64,000 bases of DNA, taken from NCBI GenBank assembly GCA_965216875.1, contig OZ244207.1, forward strand, positions 6,624,001-6,688,000, in the 5' to 3' direction. This document shows positions 1 through 11,300 of the stretch, piece by piece (position 1 is the first letter of the stretch; each line of letters begins with the position of its first letter). The notes below the pieces were generated by a model. It was given only the letters and a program-made list of their open reading frames with translations. It did not search any database and was not told the DNA's origin. A program made the position numbers and the translations under genes. The DNA comes from Rubripirellula sp. GTDB taxonomy: Bacteria; Planctomycetota; Planctomycetia; Pirellulales; Pirellulaceae.

Positions 1-1
1 C

Positions 2-661
2 GACTTGACCGGAAAGAAGCAAGTCCGACTCATCCTGATCCGCAGGCCCCATCGTGATGTCGATGTCCTCGGGGACAATCCTTTCCCAGCGTGATGCACT
101 GCCGGTTTGAGCGTCGGCCGAGTCTTTTTTGGTTTGCACCCATCGGATGTCTTTGGGTTCAACGCCGTATTCGTCTTTGATCATTCCGCGAATCCACGTC
201 AGGCCCGATGACGAGTAGCCAACCGTGGCAACCTTGCGGCCTTTTAAGTCGGCTGGCGTTTTGATGGGCCCGTCGGTGCGCACGAAGATGCTTTTGTGGC
301 GAAAGACTTTTAAGATAAAGACGGGAAGCAGTTGGTAGTCGCGGAAGTCGTCGTTGCAATACGCAAGCAGGTAGGGAATCAGACCGACTTCGGAAACATC
401 GTGCGTTGCGGGTCCGTTGAAGACATGACGATTCAGGTCTCCAATCTTTGACTGGACGAATTGGACTTTGTAGCCATCAATGGTGGCCTTGCCTTCGCGA
501 ATCGCTGTCACGCGATCATAGGGATAGCCTGCGATCGTGAGCGGCCGGTCGTTTTCGGCTGCGTTTGTTGGTTGCAGCGCGAACATTGAGGTGCATGCGG
601 ATGCCGCACTCGCGCCGAGGAAGGATCGGCGCGAGCAGGAACGAGGGTTTTGTCGCCACAT
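2..661 (-). CDS. Tat-exported periplasmic-binding-protein-fold protein, 4,5-dihydroxyphthalate decarboxylase-like / ABC substrate-binding family (partial, runs off window start)
   Basis: Not in the ORF track; translated by hand from ATG at 661: MWRQNPRSCSRRSFLGASAASAC... (twin-Arg SRRSFL), then LTIAGYPYDRVTAIREG, LLPVFILKVFRHKSIFVRTDGPIKTPADLKGRKVATVGYSSSGLTWIRGMIKDEYGV. Starts 3 nt after the stop of the upstream gene. Confidence 0.75.
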   Translation of the reverse strand, partial: MWRQNPRSCSRRSFLGASAASACTSMFALQPTNAAENDRPLTIAGYPYDRVTAIREGKATIDGYKVQFVQSKIGDLNRHVFNGPATHDVSEVGLIPYLLAYCNDDFRDYQLLPVFILKVFRHKSIFVRTDGPIKTPADLKGRKVATVGYSSSGLTWIRGMIKDEYGVEPKDIRWVQTKKDSADAQTGSASRWERIVPEDIDITMGPADQDESDLLLSGQV

Positions 662-664
662 GGT

Positions 665-2008
665 TCACTGGCCTTCTTGTCCGGGATCGTCGAGACGAAC
701 GAGAAGCCACTGCTGGGTTTGGCCGTCTTCGAAGTGGACGAGTACGGGGGCCGTGTCCTGCGTCAGGTTGTTGATGCCGGTTTCCATCAGCGGTCGGGAC
801 TTGTCGACGACGGTCCAGGCAGATCGCTGAGTTTTTGCGTCGACCATGCCTTCGATCGACTGCACGCTGTCGTTGGCCGCATTTTGAAGCGACCCGGCAA
901 TGATGCCTTCTTTGGAAACCGCTAGCTGCAGGAAGAGTGTTGGCTCAGCACCGTTGGATTGACCATCTTCGGTGACCGCAAAGACGCCAAGCGGCAACCA
1001 TTCGACTTGTTCAGCATCCACGTCTTGGGGGACGTTGGTTGCAATCGTTTCTGCTTGCTCGGCGTACTGCTGCGTCGAAGCCACTTCTTGAGTGCCGTAG
1101 TAGACCGAGTCGCCTTCGTAGTAGACGTTGTCGCCGTAGCTGTACGAGATCGGTTGCGACCAACTCGCACGCGCAACCCATGCGGTGACGGTCGCCCAAA
1201 CGGCGGGACGCCACCAGTTGATGTCAGAACGGAATCGCCAATGCGGGTGGGGGTAACGTCGCCAGTAGTTCGCCGAGTACCAAGATCGACGTGCGGGGTA
1301 GCGGTTGTTGACTTGGTCGCGAACTTGGTCGCGTCGGTCGACGCGATTGTCACGCACTTGTTGTCGGTTCTCGACTCGATTGGGTCGGTTTTCGGAAACG
1401 TTGTCACGGCGGTCTTGGCGAGTGTCCAAGCGATCGCCGCGGTTGTCTTGGCGATTGCCAGCAGCGTTTTGACGGTTATCGAGTCGATCGGCGCGATTGT
1501 CCGCTGGTCGTCCTTCACCGCCGGGACGCGATGGCAGTTGTCCGGTTTGGGGCCGGTTTTGCAGGAAGTCGCCCGCCGCGTTGCCTCCGCCCGGTCGCGT
1601 GCTGGGACGTTGCGATGGCGATCCCAGGTCAAGGAAGTCGTTGAGTTGTCCTTGGCTTGGTCGCCCGGTCGAGGGACGCTGGCCCGTTGAAGGACGCTGT
1701 CCAGTTGACGGAAATTGACCCGTTGAGGGACGTTGACCTGTTGATGGGCGTTGACCTGTTGAAGGGCGTTGACCGGTGGAAGGCCGGCTCATGTTTCCAG
1801 TCGACGGGCGACTCATGCCACTTGAGGGTCGGCTCATGGACGGTGAGCGGCTGGACATCGATGGCGCCGAACGCGACATGCCACCACCACCCGCACGACC
1901 ACCTCCGCCTCCGCGTCCTCCACCGCCCCGACCACGGGCCAACACGTCGTTCGAGACCAGACACAGAATCGCAACACTCGTGATGCAAAGGGCGAGACGT
2001 CGGTTCAT
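665..2008 (-). CDS. Secreted planctomycete hypothetical protein with Gly/Arg-rich and STGQRP low-complexity N-half and a globular C-terminal domain
   Basis: ORF track 665..2080; the ATG at 2008 gives a Sec-like signal peptide (MNRRLALCITSVAILCLVSNDVLA), then RGRGGGG, RPSTGQ repeats, NRxD repeats and a Trp/Tyr-rich segment followed by WLPLGVFA...LQLAVSKEGIIAG. Confidence 0.75.
   Translation of the reverse strand: MNRRLALCITSVAILCLVSNDVLARGRGGGGRGGGGGRAGGGGMSRSAPSMSSRSPSMSRPSSGMSRPSTGNMSRPSTGQRPSTGQRPSTGQRPSTGQFPSTGQRPSTGQRPSTGRPSQGQLNDFLDLGSPSQRPSTRPGGGNAAGDFLQNRPQTGQLPSRPGGEGRPADNRADRLDNRQNAAGNRQDNRGDRLDTRQDRRDNVSENRPNRVENRQQVRDNRVDRRDQVRDQVNNRYPARRSWYSANYWRRYPHPHWRFRSDINWWRPAVWATVTAWVARASWSQPISYSYGDNVYYEGDSVYYGTQEVASTQQYAEQAETIATNVPQDVDAEQVEWLPLGVFAVTEDGQSNGAEPTLFLQLAVSKEGIIAGSLQNAANDSVQSIEGMVDAKTQRSAWTVVDKSRPLMETGINNLTQDTAPVLVHFEDGQTQQWLLVRLDDPGQEGQ
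1663..1860 (-). repeat. Intragenic degenerate 18-bp tandem repeat encoding (R/F)PSTGQ and SRPS units
   Basis: Protein reads RPSTGQRPSTGQRPSTGQRPSTGQFPSTGQRPSTGQRPSTGRP; third codon positions vary between copies. Confidence 0.85.
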
Positions 2009-2178
2009 CGTTGGGGCTCTCTTGGCGTGCGGTAGATGATTGAGGACCCATCCAACAATGGCGTGGATTCTCGAACCCAAGATTATAGCGTCCCCGCAAA
2101 GAGAGGTTCGTGAGATTTATGAAGTGCGGTTCTAGGCGAGAGTTTTCCGTCTTCGGCCGGGTTGTTTGCACGTGGCCC

Positions 2179-2281
2179 AGGCCTGAAGCCTCAATCGTTT
2201 GTCTAGCCCACCTAGGTGTTTCGGGGAATTACAAACCCAGTCCGTTGGACTGGGCTAGGCAAATGCCAGAGCCTTCGGCCC
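2179..2281. repeat. Inverted pair of REP-like palindromic elements
   Basis: Perfect hairpin CCCAGTCC-gtt-GGACTGGG at 2236-2254. The reverse complement of 2235-2281 (gggccgaaggctctggcatttgcctagcccagtcc...) resembles 2179-2210 (aggcctgaagcctcaatcgtttgtctagccca). Confidence 0.6.
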
Positions 2282-2346
2282 AAAGAAAACTCCAGACCGT
2301 AAACTCCTGAGTTCCGGTCCAATGCAAAACTCCAGGGGCTTCATCG

Positions 2347-5300
2347 CTAGAGACCGCTCAGGTACTCGTCCAGACCGATGCGAATGTCTTCGTCGTCCGC
2401 CCAAATCAGGTCGTCATTTGGGCCGCCGCGCACGATGTCGATGGCGTTGTCACTTGCAACGGTATCGTCGTTGATGGCGAACGCTTGGTTTGCACCGACG
2501 CCGGTAAAGACTTCGTCGACGCGATCGGAAAAGCTTTTGTTGCGGTTTCGCCACGTCTCTTGGACCGCTTGAATGGCCTCAATCGAGTCGGCGTGTTGCC
2601 AAACACTGCATACAAGTAAGTCTTCGCCATACGATCCGTCGAGAAGGTCGGAGCCCGATCCGCCAATCATCAAGTCGCGGCCCGTTCCTCCCAAGAGCAA
2701 GTCGTGGTTGTCGCCGCCGACGATCACATCGTCTCCAGCTTGACCAAAGACTTTGTCGTTGCCGGCGCCACTAAAGATCGTGTCATCACCGGCACCGCCT
2801 GCGATCCAATCGTTGCCATCGCCGCTGCGAACAAGGTCGTTGCCGGTGCCAGCGAGGACTCGATTGTTTCCGTGGCCAGCATCGATGGTGTCGTCGCCCA
2901 ATCCCGATGTGATTCGATCATTCCCGTCACCGGTCGTGATGTTGTCGTTTCCAGATCCAGACCAAATGCGATTGTGGCCCAACAGGTCGATGATGATGTC
3001 GTCGCCACCACCCGATTCAACATTGTCGTTTCCATCGCCGGGTCGGATCGTATCGTCGCCGGATCCGGAATGGATGCGGTCATCGCCATCGCCCGATTCG
3101 ATCAAGGTTGGCAGATCGATGCGGTGCGCGATTTGAATTCGATCATTCCCTTCAAGTGAATAGATCTCGATGCGTTCGATGTCCGCTTCCGCAAAGGTCC
3201 AGGATTGGCGATCTTGGCCTTCAGGGCGAAGCAGGACAACAAGGTTCGTTCCTGACTTTCGCAAGGTGATTCGATCGGCCGCTTCCGTTCCCACGATTCG
3301 CAAAACGCCATCAAGTAGTGTGGCGCCTTGTTCGAATTCGGTCACCGTGATGGTGACATTAGCGGGATCGCTTTCGAGATCACTGTCCGAAGCAACGTAA
3401 GAAAACTGATCGGTACCAAAGAAGGATGCCGCAGGAACGTAGGTCAATGATCCATCGGCCTGAGGAACCAGTGTCCCGTGACTTGGTTCGGCGGTGATGC
3501 GATAGAGAAGGGGTTGACCTTCGGGGTCGACGTCGTTGGCAAGGACGTCGATTTTGATCGGCTGGTTCTGCTGAGTTGTCACGGCGTCTGCAAACGCAAC
3601 CGGAGCGTCGTTGATCGGATTGGTGTCGACTAAGACCGTTGCCGCCTCAGAGATAGTGCCGTCGTTATCTTCGATCGTGTAAGTGAACGTGTCACTCGTC
3701 GTTTCGCTGCCATCGTGGATGTAATCGACACTGCCGTTGGGCTGAACGATCACCTGTCCGTGATTCGGGTTGGACGTGATCACGATGGAATTGAACCGCA
3801 AGCTTCCGTCGACGTCTCGGTCGTTGCCGGCGATGTTGACGTTGACGGCGCCGGCTTCGTCAACCGTTGCGCTATCGGCGTTTGCGACCGGTGCATCATT
3901 GACGGAATTGATGTCGATGGTGACGGTAGCCGTTTGCGATGCGGCGCCGGTCTGGTCCGCGATGACGTAGGTGAACAGGTCGCTCGTCGTTTCGCTGCCA
4001 TCGTGTTGGTAGAGCACGTTTCCAGAGCCAACGATGGTGACCGATCCATACAGCGGTTGGTCAATGATTTGAATGCTCTCGACGTCGATACCATCGTCCG
4101 CATCGGTGTCGTTGATCGCGACGTCGACCGTGACCTGGCCACCTTCGTCGACAACGGCCGAATCATTCAAAGCGTCCGGAGAGTCATTGACTGCGGTGAC
4201 TTCGATGGCAACCGTCGCAATGTTCGAAAGGACTCCCTCGTCATCGCGGAGGGTGTAGGTGAAGCTGTCGGCGAGTGTTTCGCTTCCATCATGTTGGTAG
4301 ACCAATTCATTGTCGACAACGTTGACGGCGCCATGAGATGGACCCTCAAGGATCTCGACAGCATCGAGGTCCAGCGACGATTCGGCGTCAAAGTCATTGA
4401 GCACGACGTCGATCGCTACTGAATTTCCTTCGAGCACGACGGCGTCGTCGTTTGATGCCTGGGGTGGATCATTGATTGGGTCGATCGTGATGTGGACAGT
4501 CGCGACGTTCGAGGTCACGCCGTCGGCATCGGTGAAGGTGTAAGTGAAGGAGTCGGAGGTCGTTTCGCTTCCGTCGTGACTGTAATCGACCGAGCCATCA
4601 GCGTTGACTTCAGCGGTTCCGTTGGCAGGTTGGTCGATGATCATGACCGAGTCGGCAACGATTTGGTTTTCGGCATCGGTGTCGTTGGCAAGCACGGGCA
4701 CGGAGAGTCCCGTGGAACCTTCGTCCGTGGTCACGCTGTCATCAAACGCGAACGGTGCGTCGTTCACGGGAGTGATGGTGACAGAGACGGTCGCGCGGTT
4801 GGATTGGCGTCCCTCCGCGTCGCGGATGACATAAGTGAAGCTGTCGGCGAGCGTTTCACTGCCATCATGCGTGTAGGTGACTTGACCAGCATCATTCATC
4901 GATGCGATACCGAAGCTTGGGGCGTCGGCGATCACGATCGACTCGAGGTCCAGCAAACTGTCGGCGTCGACATCGTTGGCTGCGACATCGATCGTGAAGA
5001 CGCCGCCTTCCGCTATGGATGCGCCGTCCGGGTTGGCAACGGGCGCGTCGTTGATCGGCGCGATGTTGATGGTCGCGGTCGCGATGTTCGAGATCGCCCC
5101 ATCCGCATCTCGGACGGTGTAGGTGAATTGGTCGAGCGTCGTTTCGCTGCCATCGTGTCGGTAGTCGACCGTCCCATCAAGGTTCACTTGAAACGTGCCA
5201 TGAATCGGTCCGTCAACAATCAACACCGAAGATGGATCAATCTCTTGCTCGGAGTCATTGTCATTGGCGATGACCGCAACACGACCGGATGATCCTTCAT

Positions 5301-8300
5301 CGATCGAAAGTGTGTCACCGCTTGCCGTGGGCGCTGCATTGACATAGATCGACTGCTGGGCAACGCGGTGAATGCCATCTTCATCGACCACGTCAACGAA
5401 GATCGTCTTTTCACCAAAGATCGAGTAGATGTGGCTGAGGCCAGAGAGTGACGCAAAAACTTCTGCATCGGTTCCTGTCTCCCACGTCACGCGGTACTCG
5501 ACAACCGTATCTTCTCCAGGGTCCGACAGGTCGCCAAAGCTCAATGGTAACGACTCGCCTTGTGTGACACGCGGCGGCGCGGACACAACCAGCGAAGGCG
5601 AGACATTGATGATGTTGATCGCCATTGCGTCTTCGATCGTGTACTGACCATCTTCGTCTGTTGCCGTGACGCTTACCAAATGTGACGCATCGCCATCGGT
5701 GTAAGTATGCGTGAGCGATACCGGTTGGACTTCAAAAGCCCCGTCGGAAAGCGCGATGAAGGTTGGAGAAACCAGTTCGATCGGCGATCCGTCGCCCCAG
5801 TCGATCGCATACTCGGTGATCAAGTCGAGACCGGGATCGATGGGTGATCCGATGCTTAAAGTCGCCGTGCCACCTTCGACGATCTGGGATGCGTTAAGAG
5901 CAACCGTTGCGGTTGGTTCGACGTTGGTGACTTGGACCGAAATCGGCTGGGCCGATGTTTGCCCATCTTCATCGATGCCCGTCACATTGATTTGGTATTG
6001 CGATCCGGCGGAATCGGCGTCGCGGTAAACGTGAGACGCAATCCGTTCGTCACCATCGACTTCTTCGATCGGTGATCCGTCGCCCCAGTCGATTTGCCAC
6101 AGTGATATGCGATCGTTGCCTGGGTCCGTCGCTTCCAAAGTGATCTCGAACAACCCGCCTTCGGTCGCGGTGCCTGAGGAAGAGGCCGTGATCGTTGGTT
6201 GGACATTTCCAACCTGCACCGATTGCTCGAGGAGGTATTCGCCATCGTCGTCAAACGCGGCGATTCGGACAGAGTAAAGGCCATCGTCGAGGTAGGTGTG
6301 GACTACTTCGCCAGTTGCTGCGCGAACGGTTGACGTCGAGCCATCACCCCACTGCAAGATCCACGTACCGATTTCGTCGTCGCCAGGGTCACTGGCGCTC
6401 AGTCGCAACCGGTACTCGTCTCCTTCGTTCGGTTGGAACAGTGGGTCGAGCACGTTTCCGTTGGCATCGATGACGTCGACACTTAACGTCGGAGCGACCT
6501 CGAGCACGTTGAACGAATCGCTATATTCCGTCGATCCATCATCGTCGTGAATCATCGCCCTAACATTGCGCGTCCCCGATTGAGGGACAATGAATTCGAC
6601 GAACGATTCACTTTGTTGGTCGATTTCGTATTGGCCGTCGCCATCGATATCGAAGCTGTAGCGGAAGTTAGCTCCGCCGCCAGCGCTATCGGCATCCGAC
6701 GGGTCAAAGGCTTGCAGCAGTTCGAGCCGCACCGTGTCGCCTTCTTGTGATCCGTCACCCGTGGTCGCGATTTGTGCGGTCGGCGCGGTGTTGGTCACCA
6801 CAAGCGAGGCGGCGGAATCCGAAAACGTTCCATCGGAATACGTTGCTCGCGCAGTGACGGCATAGATGCCGTCGTCGTTGATTGGTGGACTGAGAGATTG
6901 TAGGTCGGACCAACTGATGAGGACGTTGTTTCCGATTGCATCGGTGAAGTCGCCGTCGCCATTGACGTCCCAAGTCAGTGTTGGTGTGCCAATCGTTGTC
7001 GCGGTGAGTGTTAGGGAATCACCTTCCGCGATTTCGACGTCGTCGATGGACGCTTGTGTCGCGGCAACCGAAACATTTCGTGTTGTTTCCACAACAACTG
7101 CGTCATCGTCGGTCGATTGAATCGAGATTTCGAAGTCACCGGCGTCGAGATAAGTGTGGTTTGCGGATGTCGCGCTCGATCCATACGTTTCGATCGTTCC
7201 ATCACCCCAGTCAATTTGCCAAGTTTCGGTTTGGTCGAGCCCCGGATCGTTGCTCGAGAACTGAATCGTTACCTCTTGTCCCACCGCGACGCTTGGCGGG
7301 TCGGAAACATCAAGCGTTGCCGCGACATTGTCAATTTGCACGTTCGCATAGCGGACCGACGCCCGTCCGAGTTCGTCGACTGCGCGTAACGCGATTTGAT
7401 AAGTGCCATCGTCGCCTAGGCCGAATTCACGCAGTTGGGACCACGTGACCGCAATCTCGGATCCGGTCACATCACCAAACAATCCGTCGCCGTCGATGTC
7501 CCACTGTGTCGTGGGGACAGCGATGCCGGACTGTGGCGATGTGACGTTAGCGCTGACGGCAAGGTCTTCGCCTTCGCTTGTGACGAACACGTCTTCGGCA
7601 AAGTCAATCAGAGGTGCTGCGAATGTGCTGACCACTTCCAAAGACTGATACGCGACTTCGCCACGATCGACCACGCGGATCGTGCCGTCGGGAAGTGGGG
7701 CTGGCAGCGTTTGGACGTCGAGTCCGGCCGGAGCGAATTCCAGAACGTCGCGGTCGTCTTGACCATCGATCGCAATGTTTGATGTTGCGGGGATTTGGCT
7801 GCCAGCGACTCGAACCAGGTCGTCGTCGATTCCGGCATCGATATCGATCGTCGAGTCCGTGCCGAGCGTTTCCACGATGACCGTGTCCGAACCGGCGGCG
7901 GCGTCAACACCGACGCCAACGTTTGAACGCGTCAAAGCGATCGTCGTTTGGTCGTCGCCCGTTCCGAGTTCGACAACTGTGTTAGCCACTGCGTCCAGCA
8001 ACGAGACGACGTCATTGCCGTCGCCCGTTTCGATGCGGATCGTGTTGACGGGACTTCCGGGCGCGGCGATCAAGCGAACGTTATCGTTCCCTTCGGGTGT
8101 CACAACGCGAATCGATTCAATGTTCGAGAACGCGGTCTCGATTCGCAACGGTTGCGGTGTTTCCGTTTCAATATCGAAGGTGGTGAGCCCACCGCTGTTG
8201 CGGTTGTCGCCGGTCGAAGCGACGTAAAGCTGTGAGTCGCTGGCAACGACGATGTCACTTGGGTTGATCAGCCCGCTGTTACGATTGCCGAGGCTCCGCA

Positions 8301-11300
8301 AATTCTGCAGGAATTGGAGCGATCCAGTATTCAGGTCACGTGCGAAGACAGCAACGGAATCGTTGACCTCGCTTGTCGCGATCAAGTATCGGCCATTGGG
8401 AGTCGTTTGCAGATTGTCGACTCCGAAGAGTCCGCGGACATCATCGATTCCGTTACGGACGACATCGACGAGCGATAGTTGATCGGTGACCGCATCGCGA
8501 CGCAGCACCGAAATGGCATCGTTGTCGGTTGCCGCCACGTAGACAAATTGATCGTCCCTCGAAACCGTGACCGCCGAGGCACCCGCCAATTCCGTCGTTG
8601 CGGAATCTTGGATCACTTGAATCGGGCCGATGGTCGGCGCGACGCCGGGAACAAAGACTCGCGAGGTGACGGTGTTGCGTGTGAGCAGCGCACCGCTGCT
8701 GGCCGAGTAGACGCGCGTGATTCCGTCGGCGGTTTGAATGGTGACTCGCCAATTCAGCAGCCGGCCACCATCCGAAGTAAACGGACTGGAGAAGTCATCA
8801 GTGACTCGAAGCGTCCACCATCCATTTGGGAAACCGCCGTCAAATGCTGACAGTGGTCGTTCGGGCCGATAGCGGCCAAAGAAGGGGGCGTTTCCAGAGG
8901 TGATCGGTATCGCCGCTTCGTCGTCAAGAATCGTGTTGGCAAAGTCGTTTCCAGTTCCGCCAACGTCGGTGAACAATTCGACGCTACGTCCGCTCGGTCC
9001 GATCAAGAAGACATCCAAGTCTTCGGCGCGGTCGTGGTCAATGTTGACCTGAACATCAACGTCGATGATGGTCGCAAACGAATCTTGGCGATAACTCAAC
9101 ACGCGACCCGAATTGGCGTCGGTCGCAAAAAGCAACTCGCCATCTCGGCTCGATTCGAGGTCCGAGATGCTGGTGCCCGTCAGCGTTGTTGGTGGCAGCG
9201 GCGAGCCGTTGGGAGCGATCGTGAACAGACGCAGACCGGTCGTTGACCCGACGTAGAGCCGTCGTCCGTCGGGCGACATCTCCATCGAAGTCAACGTGCC
9301 GCTCGGTGTCGCGACCGATTCGCGGAAAGTCAGGTTGCCGGTGGTCAGGTTGCGCGTGAAGAAGGCGAGTTTCGATTCACCCGCGCCGGCAACGTAGACG
9401 TTTCGGCCATCGGGAGAAACGGCTACCCCGTTAGCGCCGCCCAAACCGTCGACGCCATCGAGTCCATCACGGAACGTCTGTCGAAGCGAACGGTCATTCG
9501 CGTTGAGAACCACCAAGGTGTCATTGCGCGAGTCGACACCATAGATCTGCTGGCCATCGGAACTGATTGCGATGCCGGCGAGTCCATCGAGCGTTCCATC
9601 GAATCCGGTGTCGCTCCCTTGCAGGTATAGAACCTGGCCGTTCGCAAGCGGGCTCGTTGCCGACGAAGTGGTGGACGCATCGATCGCCGCACTGATCGTC
9701 GTGCTCGCTTCGGGAATCAGTGTGGCCCAAATGGCATTGGGGGCGAGCGTGTTGAGGTTGATTGAACCGCCAGGGCCGCTGCCAAGTGTGCCACCAAAGT
9801 CGGGGTCACTCGCAACGCCACCCACGGCAAGTGGTTGTAAGAAAACGCTGCCTGTTGCGTCGGTGACCGCTCCGAGCTGTGCCCCGGAAAGCAACGTGTC
9901 GGTCAAGTTGACCAACATCAAGACGTCAAAACCTGCGTAGTCGTCGTCGGTTTCCGCGTTTTGATCAAAGTCGAACGCGTCCAGGCGAACCACCGCTACG
10001 GTGGCGTCAGGATGGTTTGCTCGGTCGATCCCTGCAATCGTGTTTGCATCGACGTCTAACAATCCAAAGGCTTCAGCGCCACCGACGAGTCCGGGCAAGT
10101 GAGGCGTTAGTGGAGTGCCTTCGACGAATGGGTTTTCAGAGGCGGCAAAGGTTGGAACGGCGTCGATCGTGAACGAGGAGACGGTGCCGCGATCGGATTC
10201 AAGCGACAGTGATCCCGTTCCGGCGCCACTTGCGATCACAACGCGTCCGTCACCTGAGTTTGATTGGCCGCCTCCGCCACCGCGCGCATCAACGATCACA
10301 CTTGGGTCGATGTCGATGGCTGCACCAACCAGTTTGACGGTGCCAGCAGAACCGCCGCCGCCACTTGCACCATCGCCACCGGAACCGCCAGCCGCGCCGC
10401 TGGCACCACGGTTTCCGCCGCTGCCAGAGCCACCGTCACCGGCCGACGTTCCGGGGAGTCCATTCAGATCGCCGCCGTCGGTGCCTGAGCTTCCTGGCCC
10501 ACCCGAGGAACCAGTGCTTCCGACAGCGCCGCTGGCACCGACCGTTCCGGCTAGCCCATCGCCACCGGCGATTTCGAAGCGTGTCACGTTCAAGTTTGCG
10601 TTCAAGTCGCCAGCGATTGAAAGTCGGCCGGCCGCGATGATCTCGATCGCACCGCCACCACCACCGCCAGCGCCGCCTGTTCCGCCAACGCCCCCACTAC
10701 CACCGGTTCCGCCTCGGCCGCCCGTGCCGCCTCGGCCCCCCGATCCACCCGTGAGGTTGCCCCAGATGCCGCCGGCACCAGGTGTGTTGACGTAACCGCG
10801 TCCCGACGCGCCGCCTCGACCGCCCGTTCCGCCACGGCCGCCCGTTCCGCCCGCGCCACCCTGGCCGCCGCCACCAGCGCCGCCGGCACCACCGCCGCTT
10901 CCGCCGGAAAGCACGAACGGATCATCTGGTGTGTTCAATCCGCCCGATCCGACCAAGCCATCTTCGGTCGTGAAGCCACCGCTGCCACCGGTTCCGCCAC
11001 CGGATGCATTGATGCCAGCTTGTCCTTGAGTTCCGCTTTGCCCAGCTGAACCACCTGATCCAGCGTTGCCTCCAGCACCCGGGTCGCCAGACTTACCCGA
11101 GTCGCCTGATTCGATTTCGCATTTGTTATCGTCAAAGATTCCAAGCAGTGTGAATCCACAATCGGTCGACACGCCACCCGCGCCGCCGGTGCCACCACCG
11201 CCGCCGAATCCACCTGCGCCGCCAAAACCCGCGGCGCCGCCGAGTGCCGCGACGGCACCTGCGCCACCACCCGGTCCGGGCAGTGATCCTGATCCCGCAA

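Noticed and set aside
2286..2335. AAACTCC repeated three times just after the giant gene stop
   Set aside because: Short and unevenly spaced; could be chance, and no function can be supported.
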